This document shows, one piece after another, positions 28,884 to 41,518 of a DNA stretch of 64,000 bases (position 1 is its first letter; each line of letters begins with the position of its first letter). A model generated the notes under the pieces. It searched no databases. It had not been told where the DNA came from and worked only from the letters and a program-made list of their open reading frames with translations. The DNA lies in NCBI GenBank assembly GCA_028023455.1, contig JAQFVV010000010.1, forward strand, positions 1,054,001 through 1,118,000, written 5' to 3'. Source of the stretch: Epiperipatus broadwayi (taxonomy: Eukaryota > Animalia > Onychophora). Both the position numbers and the translations under genes were made by a program.

Positions 28884-29107
28884 GGTAGTTGTCAGTTATG
28901 CATACTGTGACTGCTAGACAACACTGCAGTACCATCAAGCACCACCAAGAAGCCTGCAAGTGATAAATTTTTATCCAAAAAATGCTAAAATCGATGGAAA
29001 ATTAAAATGCAAAAATCACTCAAATCGATGTAAAATTAAAACACATGAGGCAAAAATGGGAAAATTAAATAGCATTGTCTAGCGGTCACAGTATACTGAC
29101 AACTACC
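28884..29107. mobile_element. MITE, 224 bp, ~35-bp TIRs (PIF/Harbinger-like, tentative)
   Basis: ggtagttgtcagt..atactgtgactgctagacaa versus ttgtctagcggtcacagtatactgacaactacc; T/A-rich flanks; three internal aaatcgatg-aaaattaaa-type repeats. Confidence 0.8.
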
Positions 29108-29779
29108 TAATTATTTTTATAAAATTTTAAAAATATATATTTTAATGTTATTGAACACTGGTGTGTTAGAAAAGGTTTTTTTATTGACAGAATATATGGA
29201 TAAATTTTACCATTAATAGAAAAGACCATAGAAATGAGTGTTATAATATAAAATGCCATAGAAACAATAGAAAACTCATTTTTTGTCACAATAGCTAAAC
29301 AGCACAAAGGTTTGTGTGTATAGATAAATAATTTTATTTAAAATTTAAAATGAAAATTATGGGTTAAAGTCATAAAACATCTACTCGATGGATAATAACA
29401 TCCGAGTGCTGTGATATATTTATAAGGATATTTTGAAGAAATTAACAACTACTATTGCTATTATATAAATGAAGCTGGATTGAACACTATAAAATGGTGA
29501 ATATAAAACACTATATTAAAAATAAAAACAAATCATCAAAATGAATAAATTTAATGAAATGCTAATAATTTGGAATAAATATGGTTTATATATATAATAT
29601 CAATGTACATAACATGACATTTTGAGGGATTTTCAGCAGAATATATAGATTTTGAAGTCTAAATTATTCTTTTTGTATTTATATATAATGTATAAATGGA
29701 GCATAAACTTTTTTTTGTACCTAATAAATATATGGTTATTTCTCATGACTAGAAAAGAAAAGTTTACCAGGTAATTTTT

Positions 29780-30623
29780 TTATTATAAATTTTTTTATAT
29801 TTTGAGAATACATGTATTTGTTTAGTATATAAGAAAATATATTCACTCCATTTTGCATCTCTCCCCTCTGTTTAGTTATTTCTCTTTTATTGTTGGGCTT
29901 GGGTTTTTGCAAACTGTTGCTAAATGCCTTCTGTTGCCACAAATAATACAGCTTTCTTGATGCCATTTACAATTGTTAGTGAAATGTCTTATATTATGGC
30001 AGCAAAAACATTTCCCTAATGGTATTGGTTTACTACTTGATTTATAATTTTTCTGTGGCTTACTTTTATTTGTTTTATAAACTGATGTTCTGTTTTCCTC
30101 ATCCACTTTGCTTATAAAAGTGAGAACTTACTCAATAATTAGCTTGTATGCAATCTCTTTTTTGATTGCTAATTCATAAGACAACTTGGTTTCAGACAAT
30201 AGTGTTTGTCATTCCCCATAGCAATTGATCTAACAAAACTTGTTCATAAAATTCCTCATATTGACACTTTTTTACTAGCTGGGATAATGCTATATCAAAA
30301 TCTTTTATTTTTTCTCCTTTCACCTGTCTTCTATTTTGGAGTGCCAACCTAATGATATGCCTAGTCAGAGACAGACTAAAATGCTCTGTTAATTTATTAA
30401 CTATCACCTCCCAACCTACTATCTCCATTACAGATCTGTCCAATAACTTATTAATGATTTTAATTACTTTCTTCCCAGCCAAACACAACAAAGCTGCTAC
30501 CTTTCTACTATTATCGCTTATGCCATTAAGTATGAAAAAAATTTCAAGTTGTATTACATACAATGGCCATTCCACTGCATTCCCTGCATCAAATTCAGAG
30601 ATATTACCTTGCCCTATCAACAT
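29780..30623 (-). pseudogene. gag: Gypsy (Mag-clade-like) gag, frameshifted and truncated
   Basis: IG.ISEFD...W..Y..LE.FF..N...K.A.LL...G; RRQ.KGE...F...L..L..KC.Y...LLDQLLWG; two CCHC knuckles (CFCCHNIRHFTNNC, CIICGNRRHLATVC). No pol follows. Confidence 0.9.
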
Positions 30624-30700
30624 TTTGCCTATTAAGCTATCAATCTATACGATTGCTTGACTATTCTATTCCTGCTTGTACTATTGCTTTCTCTATACTA

Positions 30701-30723
30701 GGTTCGAATTTATGACTGTGCCA
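30701..30723 (-). promoter_or_regulatory. Primer-binding site complementary to tRNA-Ser 3' end (decayed)
   Basis: TGGCACAGTCATAAATTCGAACC versus expected TGGCGCAGTCGGTAGGATTCGAACC; lies 3 nt after the LTR end. Confidence 0.75.
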
Positions 30724-30726
30724 TTT

Positions 30727-30969
30727 TGTGATGTATTTACTGACTCAAATGAAAAAAACACAATTACTTAATCTAAACTAATTTATTAATGAATATTTAT
30801 TATATGTTATACAAACAAAATTAGAATATTTACAAACTTTAAATATAATTACATACAGAAAATACAATCATGGGTTTCTAAAAGTCTCTATCCCTTCCTT
30901 GAATATTGTCTGACAATTACTGCCTCATTTAATGGATGGTTATTTACATGACTATCGAAATATATTACA
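30727..30969 (-). mobile_element. Gypsy 5' LTR, 243 bp
   Basis: TGTAAT...ATCACA termini immediately upstream of the PBS and gag. Confidence 0.7.
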
Positions 30970-33594
30970 AGTTCCCCAAAGTTTTAAAAAACCCTATGAG
31001 CTGTGTAGGCTTAATTAAATTAAATTAAGCTCAGGATGATCTGCTTTAAATACTCGTTGGATTTTTATACCTTCAGATTCCAAAACATCTTGGGTTATTT
31101 CCTTGCAGAAACTTTGACTTGTCCTCAATGATACCAGTTACAAATATCATTGTGCTTCCATGACAAAAAAAAACAAAAACATGTAACTCTGCAATCCCGA
31201 GTTTTTATAGTCTATTGTTTATTTGTTCCCTTATTGGAAATTTCCCATTCTTTATATTCCTCTATAAAAACACTTAATTGATTTCACTTTCCTGGATCCA
31301 TTATTTTTTATGATTCTATCTTTTTCCTAATTAGTTCCAACTTTACTCTTTCATTTTTTTTCTGAAAATCCTTTTAATCATGCAATTCTAATCATTTTCT
31401 TTTATATATATAACTCATTCCTATGAAAGTTTTCATTGTCTTTGATTAACATATTTAATTTTAACTTCTGGAATATTCTTATCACTTTTAATATTTTTAA
31501 ACTAAAATATTTATTTAAAGTAAAATACTACATATAGAATGTTTAGTATAAAAAAAGAAAAAAAGAAAGAAATGACTGGAGTCTTTGTGTGGATTAGCTA
31601 CTGAATGTGAATTGATAATGTTGCTGTTGCTTATGTCAAATATCATTGTTAAAAAAGATTTAAAACTAGAACCTAATTGAAATCGACAAAATAACGGAAT
31701 GTTAGCTTTTCCGACTATAAATAAAAACTTCGAAGTGAACAAATAAATGAGAGAGCATTTGACCTTTAAGAAAATATGATAATAAAAGGGAAATTTTTAT
31801 TTTTACATGAACATTTTATTACACTCAGTCAAATAAATTTGTCTAAATCAATCTGGGTAATAGACAAGAAGTAATTATTAAAGGTTATGATAGTGAATTA
31901 ATATAGTGAAAACTATGCAAAGGTGATCAAGTATCTAACTTTAAATCCAACTAAGGAATTTATCAGTTTGGAATCATATTTCAGAGAAGAAAATATTAAC
32001 TGCAAATTGTGTTGATGAATGGATATTTAAAAAAAAAAGCCACACACCAACCTTCATTTTGAAGATAAATGAATGATTACCAAAATTTCAATTTGTGTGT
32101 GCTGTGTTCTAGATAATGACCCAGGATGTTATTCTCTAATACTTGTCATGGATCATATTATCTTAATAATAATGTATTTTTAGGATTTTCCCAAGAGTAT
32201 TAGAATGAGATGTTGGGTTTATATGTTCATCAAATAGAGTAAACAAGGTCTCAATAAGAGTGTGTGTAATGTAAAATACAGGTAAATATGTAAACTTGGT
32301 GATATGAATAGTTTACTTGCTATGTGTATTAATATGTTTGAATTGTAGACACTGTATTAAATATTATTGTTTATAACTATTATGCATCCACTTCTTTTAT
32401 GGGGATGGGGGATTTATTGCATGTTTTTTTGTTTTTGACACTTTTCCTCATAATGTAAACTAATGGTGATAATAAAGAGTAAATGAATGAAATGATTTTT
32501 TTTCTGTTTGTTGTTTGGTGAATATTATTTAGTATATGGCAATTTATAATGGTGTTTAGATTTAATGACTCTTGAGTTAGTCAAATTATACTAATAGCAT
32601 GCACTTGAACTAGGAATCGAGTATAGGCTTTTCTATAGCCATTTTTACATTTATACTTATCTTAATAATTGATGGCATGTGATCAAAAGATTTTTATAGG
32701 ATTTTCCTTTTCTGGATTACTGTACTTGCACTAAACATCAATTAATAGGCTAGATGATAATAGTACAAACTTATCGTGAACAGTACATTTTAGAAATATC
32801 CAAATAATAGGCCTATGGAATTGATTTTTTTTTAAAAAAAAAGAGATAGAAGAAGGGATATAAAACTAGATAATCAGAATTCAGATTTAAGTCGGAAACT
32901 TTACTGGTTAATAGACTGTATATTATTTTTCTTTCATATTTTATTGTTATAACATTTATTATTTTATAAATATTCATTTTAAATAAAATATTTTTTTTTA
33001 TTATAATGGTTCAGCAAATGAATTTGACATTGATCATCATCATTTATTATCATCAGAAGTTACAAAAAGGTATAAAAGTTACAAAAGGTGTAAAAGTTAC
33101 TAAAACCATAAACACATTTATTCCAAATATAGTCATATTTTAACTTATCATTCATTATCATTTTGCCTGTGTTGCTTGATGGGAATATAAAACATTTATC
33201 TGATTCTTGGGTACAAATAAAACCCAATTTGTATCTAAATCATTGCATTACCGATTATTTGATATTCAAATTATGATTTGAGTTAAATGATTATGGAAAA
33301 ACTCTGAAACAATTTATTTAAATGACTATTGCCATATGTTGAATGGTAGAGCATATTTCACTAGCCATTAGAACTCTAAACTTGTGTAATTACTAACCTG
33401 TGTTGTCTATTTGTGTGTTATTACTAACAAGTTGTTTGTATTTGGAAAGTTTAAATAAAGTTTAAAATTTTCTATACATTCAACATTCATTCATAGATGA
33501 TGGAAATAGTCCAACATATATTACACTTAATACCAACTGGGCAAAATAAATTTATAGGTCTTCAAGAAAGAAAAATAAGTTACAATATATATAT

Positions 33595-35481
33595 TGTAAC
33601 CTATCTTTCTTGCTAACATTTAGAAAAACTCTAAACTCTTAATTACTACACTTCAGATTCACAATCGAATTATCAAACAATATTTATTAAAACAGTACTT
33701 TGACTAGCTCAGAATATATTTCTAACATATTATATCTAAATAAATTAATACTTAAAATAATTTATCTTATTTAAATAATAAACTAAAATAATAAAAAAAA
33801 ACATAACCTAAATACAAAAGTTCAAATTGAATTCCCAGCTCATTTATAATAATAACAATTTAAACTATGACTAGCTCTTTATTTACTATTAAAAAATATT
33901 GTAACGTTTATTTATATACGTAGCAAAAATATTGGCATTTGGTAAAAGCTAAAAAATAAAAGTAAATTTAGATTTTTTTTTTGACTAATTTTTTTTTAAA
34001 AAAAATAACGTACAATGAAAGTTAAATTATTCTTCCGTATTTTTTTAATGTAGTTAGAAATAAAAGTTAGAATTGGAGAGAACAAAAGAATTCCAAACGT
34101 AAAAAAAAGATAAGAGAAAGTAAAAATATTTTGGCTAATTAAAGATAACCAAAAAACTTGATAAGGAAAGAGAACTTTATAACGTAAATTTTATAAAAAA
34201 TCTACATGATTATGAACCAAAAAACGCCATGATAATAACATGCACAGAAGTCCAAAAACTGGACCTCTAGTATAAAAAGGAGGGATTTGGTTGGAGGAAT
34301 GTCTTGTCTTGTTCGTTGGTTTCTCTAGTTGGTCTTTGATAACAATAACATATCCAAGATTGCTCTACGCTGAAGTAATTCGGCATGTCGGAGTGAACCG
34401 GAGCTTCTGAAGACATCGTGCCTGAACATGTATACCAAAAAAGCTTTCGTGACCGACTAGGAGAATGGACCACAAGATCAACTAATAATCAAAGGCCATG
34501 AGCTCATTTTAACCCTGAAAAACTATGCATAGTTATCTACAACCATCGTGAATTCACTAAAACTTACCAGTAAGTTATGCTTCATTATCCTGATTGTGAC
34601 AAAGTTAATCATTTTAAAAACTACTCGTAAAAATAAGCTTATAATAGGATCCTGATAGAGACATTAATTTTCTTGTACAAGAGACATTCATTTTTTTTAA
34701 GAACTTTCTAGAAGAAATTTGGAAGTGAACAGTAATTGTAAAATTGTTTTTTTTTTAATTGATTCATGTCCGAATTAAGTGTGTTCTCCCCAATTTATTT
34801 GATTAATAATTTCTTTTAAACATTTTTTATCTATTAGAATAAAAATATTTCTAATACCAATTTTCATTTGTACGTTATTAATAATAATTATTATTTTTTA
34901 TTATTAAATTTATTATTAGTTTAATAAGATTTAAAAATGTAATTTACCTTTGCCAATATGTTTGAATAAGCCCAGGAATAATAATCTTAAAAAAAATAAT
35001 TCTCGTTATGGTATGATGCAATACCTAGTAGTTTAAAAGTATTTTTCTTTTTTATTTGCGAGTCGTTATATAATGAAGTCAGCGGACTCTTTAGAATAAA
35101 AAGTCCTGGTGCCCTTATTAAATAAATTAAAAGCTGATTTCGTCGATAGCATAATTCTCAACTATTAATAGGCCGAGTTGATCAGGAAATATAGCGATGT
35201 TTTTAGAATAGAAATACAACTTTCTTCTTGTTTGACATAGCTTGATCAACTCGCGCGCAATTTATATTAGCGTGTAGAGGCCTAGCAAAACGGAAAACGT
35301 TATAATATAGTTAGATTAAAATACTAACAAAATGATAAAACTTTTGCACGAGACATTCAGCAAGGTACACTGTTGGTTTAACATTGAGGATGTATCCCGA
35401 AAGATATACTCTCAATGGCATAAGAATATTACTCCTATTTAATTTATAAAATACTACTTTGTAGTACTCTCATGGCTTATA
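33595..35481. mobile_element. Short solo-LTR-like element interrupted by the 33900-35304 element
   Basis: atat-tgtaacc ... ggcttata-atac; ~480 bp once the nested insert is removed. Confidence 0.4.
33900..35304 (+). mobile_element. Solo-LTR-like element, 1405 bp
   Basis: Termini tgtaacgttt / aaacgttata, ATAT TSD, tataaaaagg TATA-like motif ~34270, CpG-rich. Confidence 0.7.
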
Positions 35482-36200
35482 ATACACATAAAATAATCCA
35501 AATTAAATAATCTATAAAATTTATTATAAAACAATCAATCAATTACTATTCTGTCATAAAAGATAATATTTAAATTTAACATTAACTAAATATTCTTATC
35601 CATTATCACTTGATCTAACTCTCATAATTATTCAACATCTCAGGTTCATCTCCTAATAATAATAATGATAGACATATTAATACCATGTAGTTAAAAATAA
35701 TGAAGGGTTTTCCATATATTTAACTACTCTTCCAAAACAATAACAGCTTATTTAACATCACTAAGCTCACCTTGAAAAACAAAAAAATCCTATTGGGATG
35801 TATGCAGACTTATACATCCAAATCAAAATATGCTGCAATCTGAGCTTGGTTTGAATAATAAATAGATCATCAAAAAAGTCGAGAAACTGGTTTTTTGAAC
35901 CGAAATACATTGACTTTCTTCTCAAGTTGAACCTCTCCTCCTTACCTACCAATCATTTTTTGGTATGGAGGTGGGGTTTTGCAAGCCTTAATTCTCAGTG
36001 CAAATTATGCAGAATGGATGATGAAACTCTTCAACATTTGTTTTAGACCTGTCCTTTTCTTGTACCACTCAGGTCTTTGATTGTGGACAGTGTGTCAACC
36101 AATATCAGGGATGTGTTGTCTGTTAGGAGGTCTATGAAAAATGGCACCTTTTCTATTATTAGACTGGCCATTTTTATAATATTTGCAGTTTGGTTCATGA

Positions 36201-36407
36201 GGTGTAAGCTTTTATTCAATCAAATGAACCTCAGTGTCTGTCAAGTATACACAAAGTTGATTACTAAAATCAAGAATAGAGACAGACTTTTGGCTCCTGA
36301 ATGGTGTAAGCTTTTATTCAATCAAATGAACCTCAGTGTCTGTCAAGTATACACAAAGTTGATTACTAAAATCAAGAATAGAGACAGACTTTTGGCTCCT
36401 GAATGGT
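36201..36407. repeat. Perfect 102-bp tandem duplication
   Basis: Units start at 36201 and 36303; visible as a repeated 34-aa block in the ORF track. Confidence 0.95.
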
Positions 36408-37899
36408 TGTTTCAAGAGACCTGGTCCAAATGCACTTTTCCAGACAAATGAGTAAACACCTCATGTGATCCTTTATTGGTTATCCTAGTCCCTTGTGTAA
36501 ACTTTTGTATATTTTCATTGTATTTGCCTACAGTTATTCAAAGTATATGTAAATGATTTCACAAATAAATCTTTCTTTTTTTTATTAAAAAAAATAAATT
36601 CACTTCATTATTATGTTTCAGAAAATTATTTTTAAAAAAAAACTGAAAATAAATTCTGCAATTTCTTAAATTTTTTTTTTAAAAGAAAATAGAGAATAAT
36701 TAAATTGTTCATTTGAAAAATAATTTAATTCTCCAATGAAAGCAAGAAAATTAAAATTTTTGCAATGAAAAAAACAACAACGAATAAGGAGAATATTTTC
36801 AGGATTCTTAAAATAATACATCTATCTAACTCCTCCTTCTCAATAATTATAAGTCAGATCACAAATTCTTATGAAAAAACATCATATAAAATATTTTTAA
36901 TAAATTCTAAAAAACATTTCATCTCATATTTTATGGCATTCACAGAAAATATTATATTCTTAATATAATTACAATAGTAAATAATTTAAAATTAACATTG
37001 TATAATCTTCATAATCAACAATAATAAAAATATATTATTATAATTATTATAGAAGATCTTGTTAATCATGTGCAATAATATAATGATCCAATTAATTTTT
37101 ATAACTTGTGTGAGGATAAGAAGATTCAAAAATACTCGGACACATTAACAAATAAGACTCTGCAGACAATATGAATTTCAAAATATTAACAATTTTATTA
37201 TTATTTAACAATATACTATATTTACAACAATATAAATTTATAAAATATTTACAAAAAAATAACAAAAGAAAATTAATTGGATTAAAATATTTACATAAGA
37301 AAACACAATGAAAATAAACATTAAATAGCCTTCACTCTGATTATTTGCTGTATAAAATATATGATACCTTACAATGAGAATACTATTATTTTTCACAATT
37401 ATGACAATGATATTCCATTATCATTAACATAATAAACTATAACAATAAATAAATACAATTTATTTAATTAATCATTATATGCTTCACATTTTCAGAAGAA
37501 AATTATGATTATAGTAATGCCTATTAACTATAAAATTAAAATCATTGCTTATTCAAAATTTAACATATAACATTATCTTAAAAAGACTAACCATATCATT
37601 TATATATCAATAAAGTATTTATCTTTACCTTTCAGGTATATTTTAACATTACCATGTAAATTTAAATGAAGAAGAATATAGTTACTAAAATAACTTTACT
37701 CTTAACTTGATAAAACTATTTATTTTTAAAATATTTAAAGTAACCCTATAACTTTACTTTTCTACAAGTTCATTTTTCTTATAAAATATTCAAATTATAT
37801 TAAAAAATTATATATTGCTTGTACATGCTATATTTATTTATTTTACAATCTATTACCATAATATCATTCAGATGTTATGTTTCTCACAATCAAATAAAA

Positions 37900-38900
37900 T
37901 ATGCATTAAATATTTGAGTTCAGTGATCTCTATTATTCATATTTCACTAGGAATATCAAATCATTCCTTCTCCTCTTTCTCTACAAACAATAAATAATTA
38001 AATATCATTTGTGACAAAATTTTTCTTTCCTCTTGCATTCATATACATTGACTATTTTCTACAGTCCAGTTATTATTTTAACCAACTTTTAAACTACCAT
38101 TTACAATGTAATATCCAATGGCAATTAATAGTGATTATAGTGAGGGATATAAATACAATAATAACTCAAACAAATATGAAACATCATGGTTACAGTGCTT
38201 AAGGTCACATTTTTATCATGTAACCTAAATTCTAGTCATGGCTTCTACCTGAGCTCTTAGTGAACTATGGCAAGAACACAACTGATCATCTACTAAATAT
38301 ATGAATCTTTGTTACCTATATTTAATTCTTAACTCACAACAATATAATTCACATATAATATTCATCCTTAATATCCTTAACACCCAGGATTTTGTTTTAC
38401 AACTAATTTCCCAGACCACTATTCTTCATCTTCCACATTATGAATACTTCTCTTAACATCACAAAGAAATTCTAATTATGTTACATAAAATAATCTTCAA
38501 ACTACATTTCCAAAATAAATATCTAATATTAAATTCAAGACTGTTCAAAACATTGTATACACAAATGATTTCAATAAAATATCCATTATTATCACATATT
38601 CATTCACTTATATTACAGTACTAGATAATTCAGAGATTAATGTTTTCATTTTATTGTATCTAAACTTATATAGTCTGTAATGATATCTTAGAAACTCATA
38701 ACTATATTGAAAAAAATATGCATACTTAGGCATTCATAAAAATTACTTTAATACTTTTAGATAACCCACAAGGCTTTTTCTACATTTATATTTGCATCTA
38801 TAAAACAATTAATATACTTTTAAATATGATTCCATCTGACTTTAATATTCAAGCAATATGATAAATGAAATAAAATATACATAAAATATTAAAATGCATA
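37900..38900 (-). mobile_element. Highly decayed LINE RT remnant
   Basis: Reverse strand gives FIYLVDDQLCSCHSSLRAQ (~38250-38310), resembling YADD..L...S...LQ. Confidence 0.3.
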
Positions 38901-39106
38901 CTAATTTACCTTTAATTCCAACAATTATTGGAATTAAATATCCCCTTCTCTTATTGGCCATCCAAACAATAAATAAGTTATAGGTATATTTTTATTTTAT
39001 CTTTCAGAAAATTAAATTTTCCAATACTTATTAGTTTTCTTTATTTTTAAATAAATTATTTCATATTTAAACCTACATTTATCTTTAAAGAAACATGTTA
39101 ACTAAA

Positions 39107-39133
39107 TATTATTATTATTATTATTAATATTAA

Positions 39134-39227
<94 letters not shown>
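39107..39227. repeat. Inverted (TAT)n/(AAT)n microsatellite
   Basis: TAT run switches to AAT run at ~39164, forming a self-complementary tract. Confidence 0.92.
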
Positions 39228-39639
39228 TACAACAATACTAAAAAATAGAACAGTTATTAAATTCAAGGCTACTTAAAGTTCACATTTGCTTTCATTCCTC
39301 CATCACCAAGTTCACTCCATTGCTATTGATGATGGAAAAGTTTGAACAAAACTTTTCTCTCCCCCATCATGCTGAACAAAACACTATGAGGCACAAAGTT
39401 CAATCATTAAAAATCTCTACAAAGTACAGTCCATCCATACCAGATAATTAGTCTATCTAAGTCCATTTTCTAAGCATTTCCAGATAAACAGGTATTTCAG
39501 ATAAAAAACATTCATTAATATGATTTTCATATTATGTAATAATTTCCCTGTATGTACATTCATTTATGTTGGTCCAAATTTATGGTAAAATATATGACAA
39601 TTAAATCTATAACAAGGGAAAATCTCTAGGAAATAATCA

Positions 39640-40919
39640 AAATATTACTTATATCTTAAACAAAACAAGTGAAGAAATAAAAGGAAAAATATTGGCAAAA
39701 CTATATATCAAATGTTTAAATGATAGACATTTTAAATAGTTAGAAGGATGCAGTAATAATATTGATATTTAAAATAAGGTTTTGTAGAAGATCTTTATTA
39801 AGATAATTACAACTCATCTACAATAAATTTTGGATTCAAACAAACCCAAAAAACAAGATGGCTTTAAAAGTGGATTTAGCACAATGCATCATATTTATGT
39901 AATGAGAAATTTTTTTAAAAATCAATGAGTATAAGTTATTATTTTTTGAATTTGTAGATTAAGAAAGGCATTTAATCCTAGTATTTTCACAGCAATTAAA
40001 GTGTAGGCATATAAAAATATAGATCTGGAATAATGTCATACTCTGAAAAACATTTATTAAAATGCTATAAAAGAGATTAAATTATGTAGTGACTCTAACA
40101 AGGTTAAATAACTGGATGATTGGTCTTCAAAATGTTTTACCGTAGTTTACAAGAAATATTTTGTTGATTAAAATGGAAAGTTAAGTAAATAAAAATGTAT
40201 GAAGATTATTTAAGCCATCTATATTTTGCATGTAATGTGACTGTCTTTGAAAATAATACTTTAGAGATTCAAAAAATAATGTGAGAGTTTTTAGAAGAAA
40301 GTAAGAAAATAGGACTAAAAATAAAGGCTAAAAAACTAAAGTAATGTTCAGTGGATTTTCACAGAAGAAAACATAAACAATAATAATAAGAAATTAGAAG
40401 AAAATTACAAATATTTTGGTCAGATTATTCCTACTGATGGAAATATAATGGATAAAATTAATCATCAAATTAAATTTAGATAGAATGATTTGGGTAAAAA
40501 TAATTTAATTTTAAAAGAAAATATGTATATGAGTTTGAAAAGGAAGATTTTAATAAATGTCTTTTACCAGTTTAGACATTTAACCAAAAATCATTATAGA
40601 GACTTTAGACTACACAATGAAGTGTATATAGATATAAGCTGAGACAAACAAGAATACATCAAAAATAATATTCATTTGATCAGAAAACAAATGGGTATTA
40701 TTGATGTCATTGAAAGAATTAAAAATTGAAATGGAACTAGGCTAGACAAGTAGAAGATATCATAATAAATGAATAATAATTTTTTTAAACTTAATTCCAA
40801 GAGATTGTAAAAGATTTAGAGAGACAACAAATGAGATGGATAGTTGAAATAAAAATATTTTCTGGAATGATATAGAGAAAGAAATTAAAATTCAAAAAAA
40901 TTAGTTTAAGATGATGATG
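39640..40919 (+). mobile_element. RTE-clade LINE 3' part, decayed (related to 24246-25714)
   Basis: KQDGFKSGFSTMHHI, FVD.E(K)AF, ENYKYFGQII, DKINHQIK, KRKIFNKCLLP; ends in (gat)n. Confidence 0.8.
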
Positions 40920-41518
40920 ATAAAACAGGAAAAACTCACTATACATATGTCACACACAGCAAGCTAGAGTAATCAATGGATGCCAGAAGGCTTATGCATA
41001 AAATCCCCATCTAGTGCCTACTCATCCAATATCCCCAGACTAGTTTCTGGCTTGTGGCCTTCATCAGTGATGAGCCTTGGATCTGAGAGCACTGCACCTA
41101 GATCTTAGGATCTAATGCAACCCTCCAGAAGCCATCTTTTATCTCCATTTAACTACAAAACTATGAGTCTTAAACTGAAAACATCTTAATGTTCTCAATC
41201 CAAGCCAATCAGCTTATGTAGTCATATGGGTCTGAACTCAGTTCAGTACCCATACATTTTGGTGTCTTTGGTTCTTTAATAACCATAGCCACCACTATCC
41301 CATTAGGCAGGATTGTTTTTAAGCCAATAAACATCACATGACCACCATCTCTTATGCTTGGGTATAACTGTTGTTAAAACAGACAAAACTCACTATACAT
41401 ATGCTACACACAGCAAGCTAGAGTAATCAATGAATGCCAAAAGGCTTGTGAGTTTTGCCTGTTTTAACAACAGTTATACACAACCATAAGAGGTAGTGGT
41501 CATGTGATGTTTTTTGGC
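40920..41518 (-). mobile_element. Composite insertion of the hammerhead element family with inverted terminal segments
   Basis: 14-bp TSD ttaagatgatgatg (40906-40919 and 41519-41532); hammerhead+tail copy 40920-41067; ~75-bp inverted repeat 41319-41393 / 41448-41522. Confidence 0.82.
41038..41067 (-). ncRNA. Minimal type-I hammerhead ribozyme core (C3:G8)
   Basis: Reverse strand CTGATGA-A-GGC-CACAA-GCC-A-GAAA-CTAG-TC. Confidence 0.7.

Noticed and set aside
38905-39010. Minus-strand exon ending in a GTAAAT donor
   Set aside because: All frames from the nearest acceptor contain stops.
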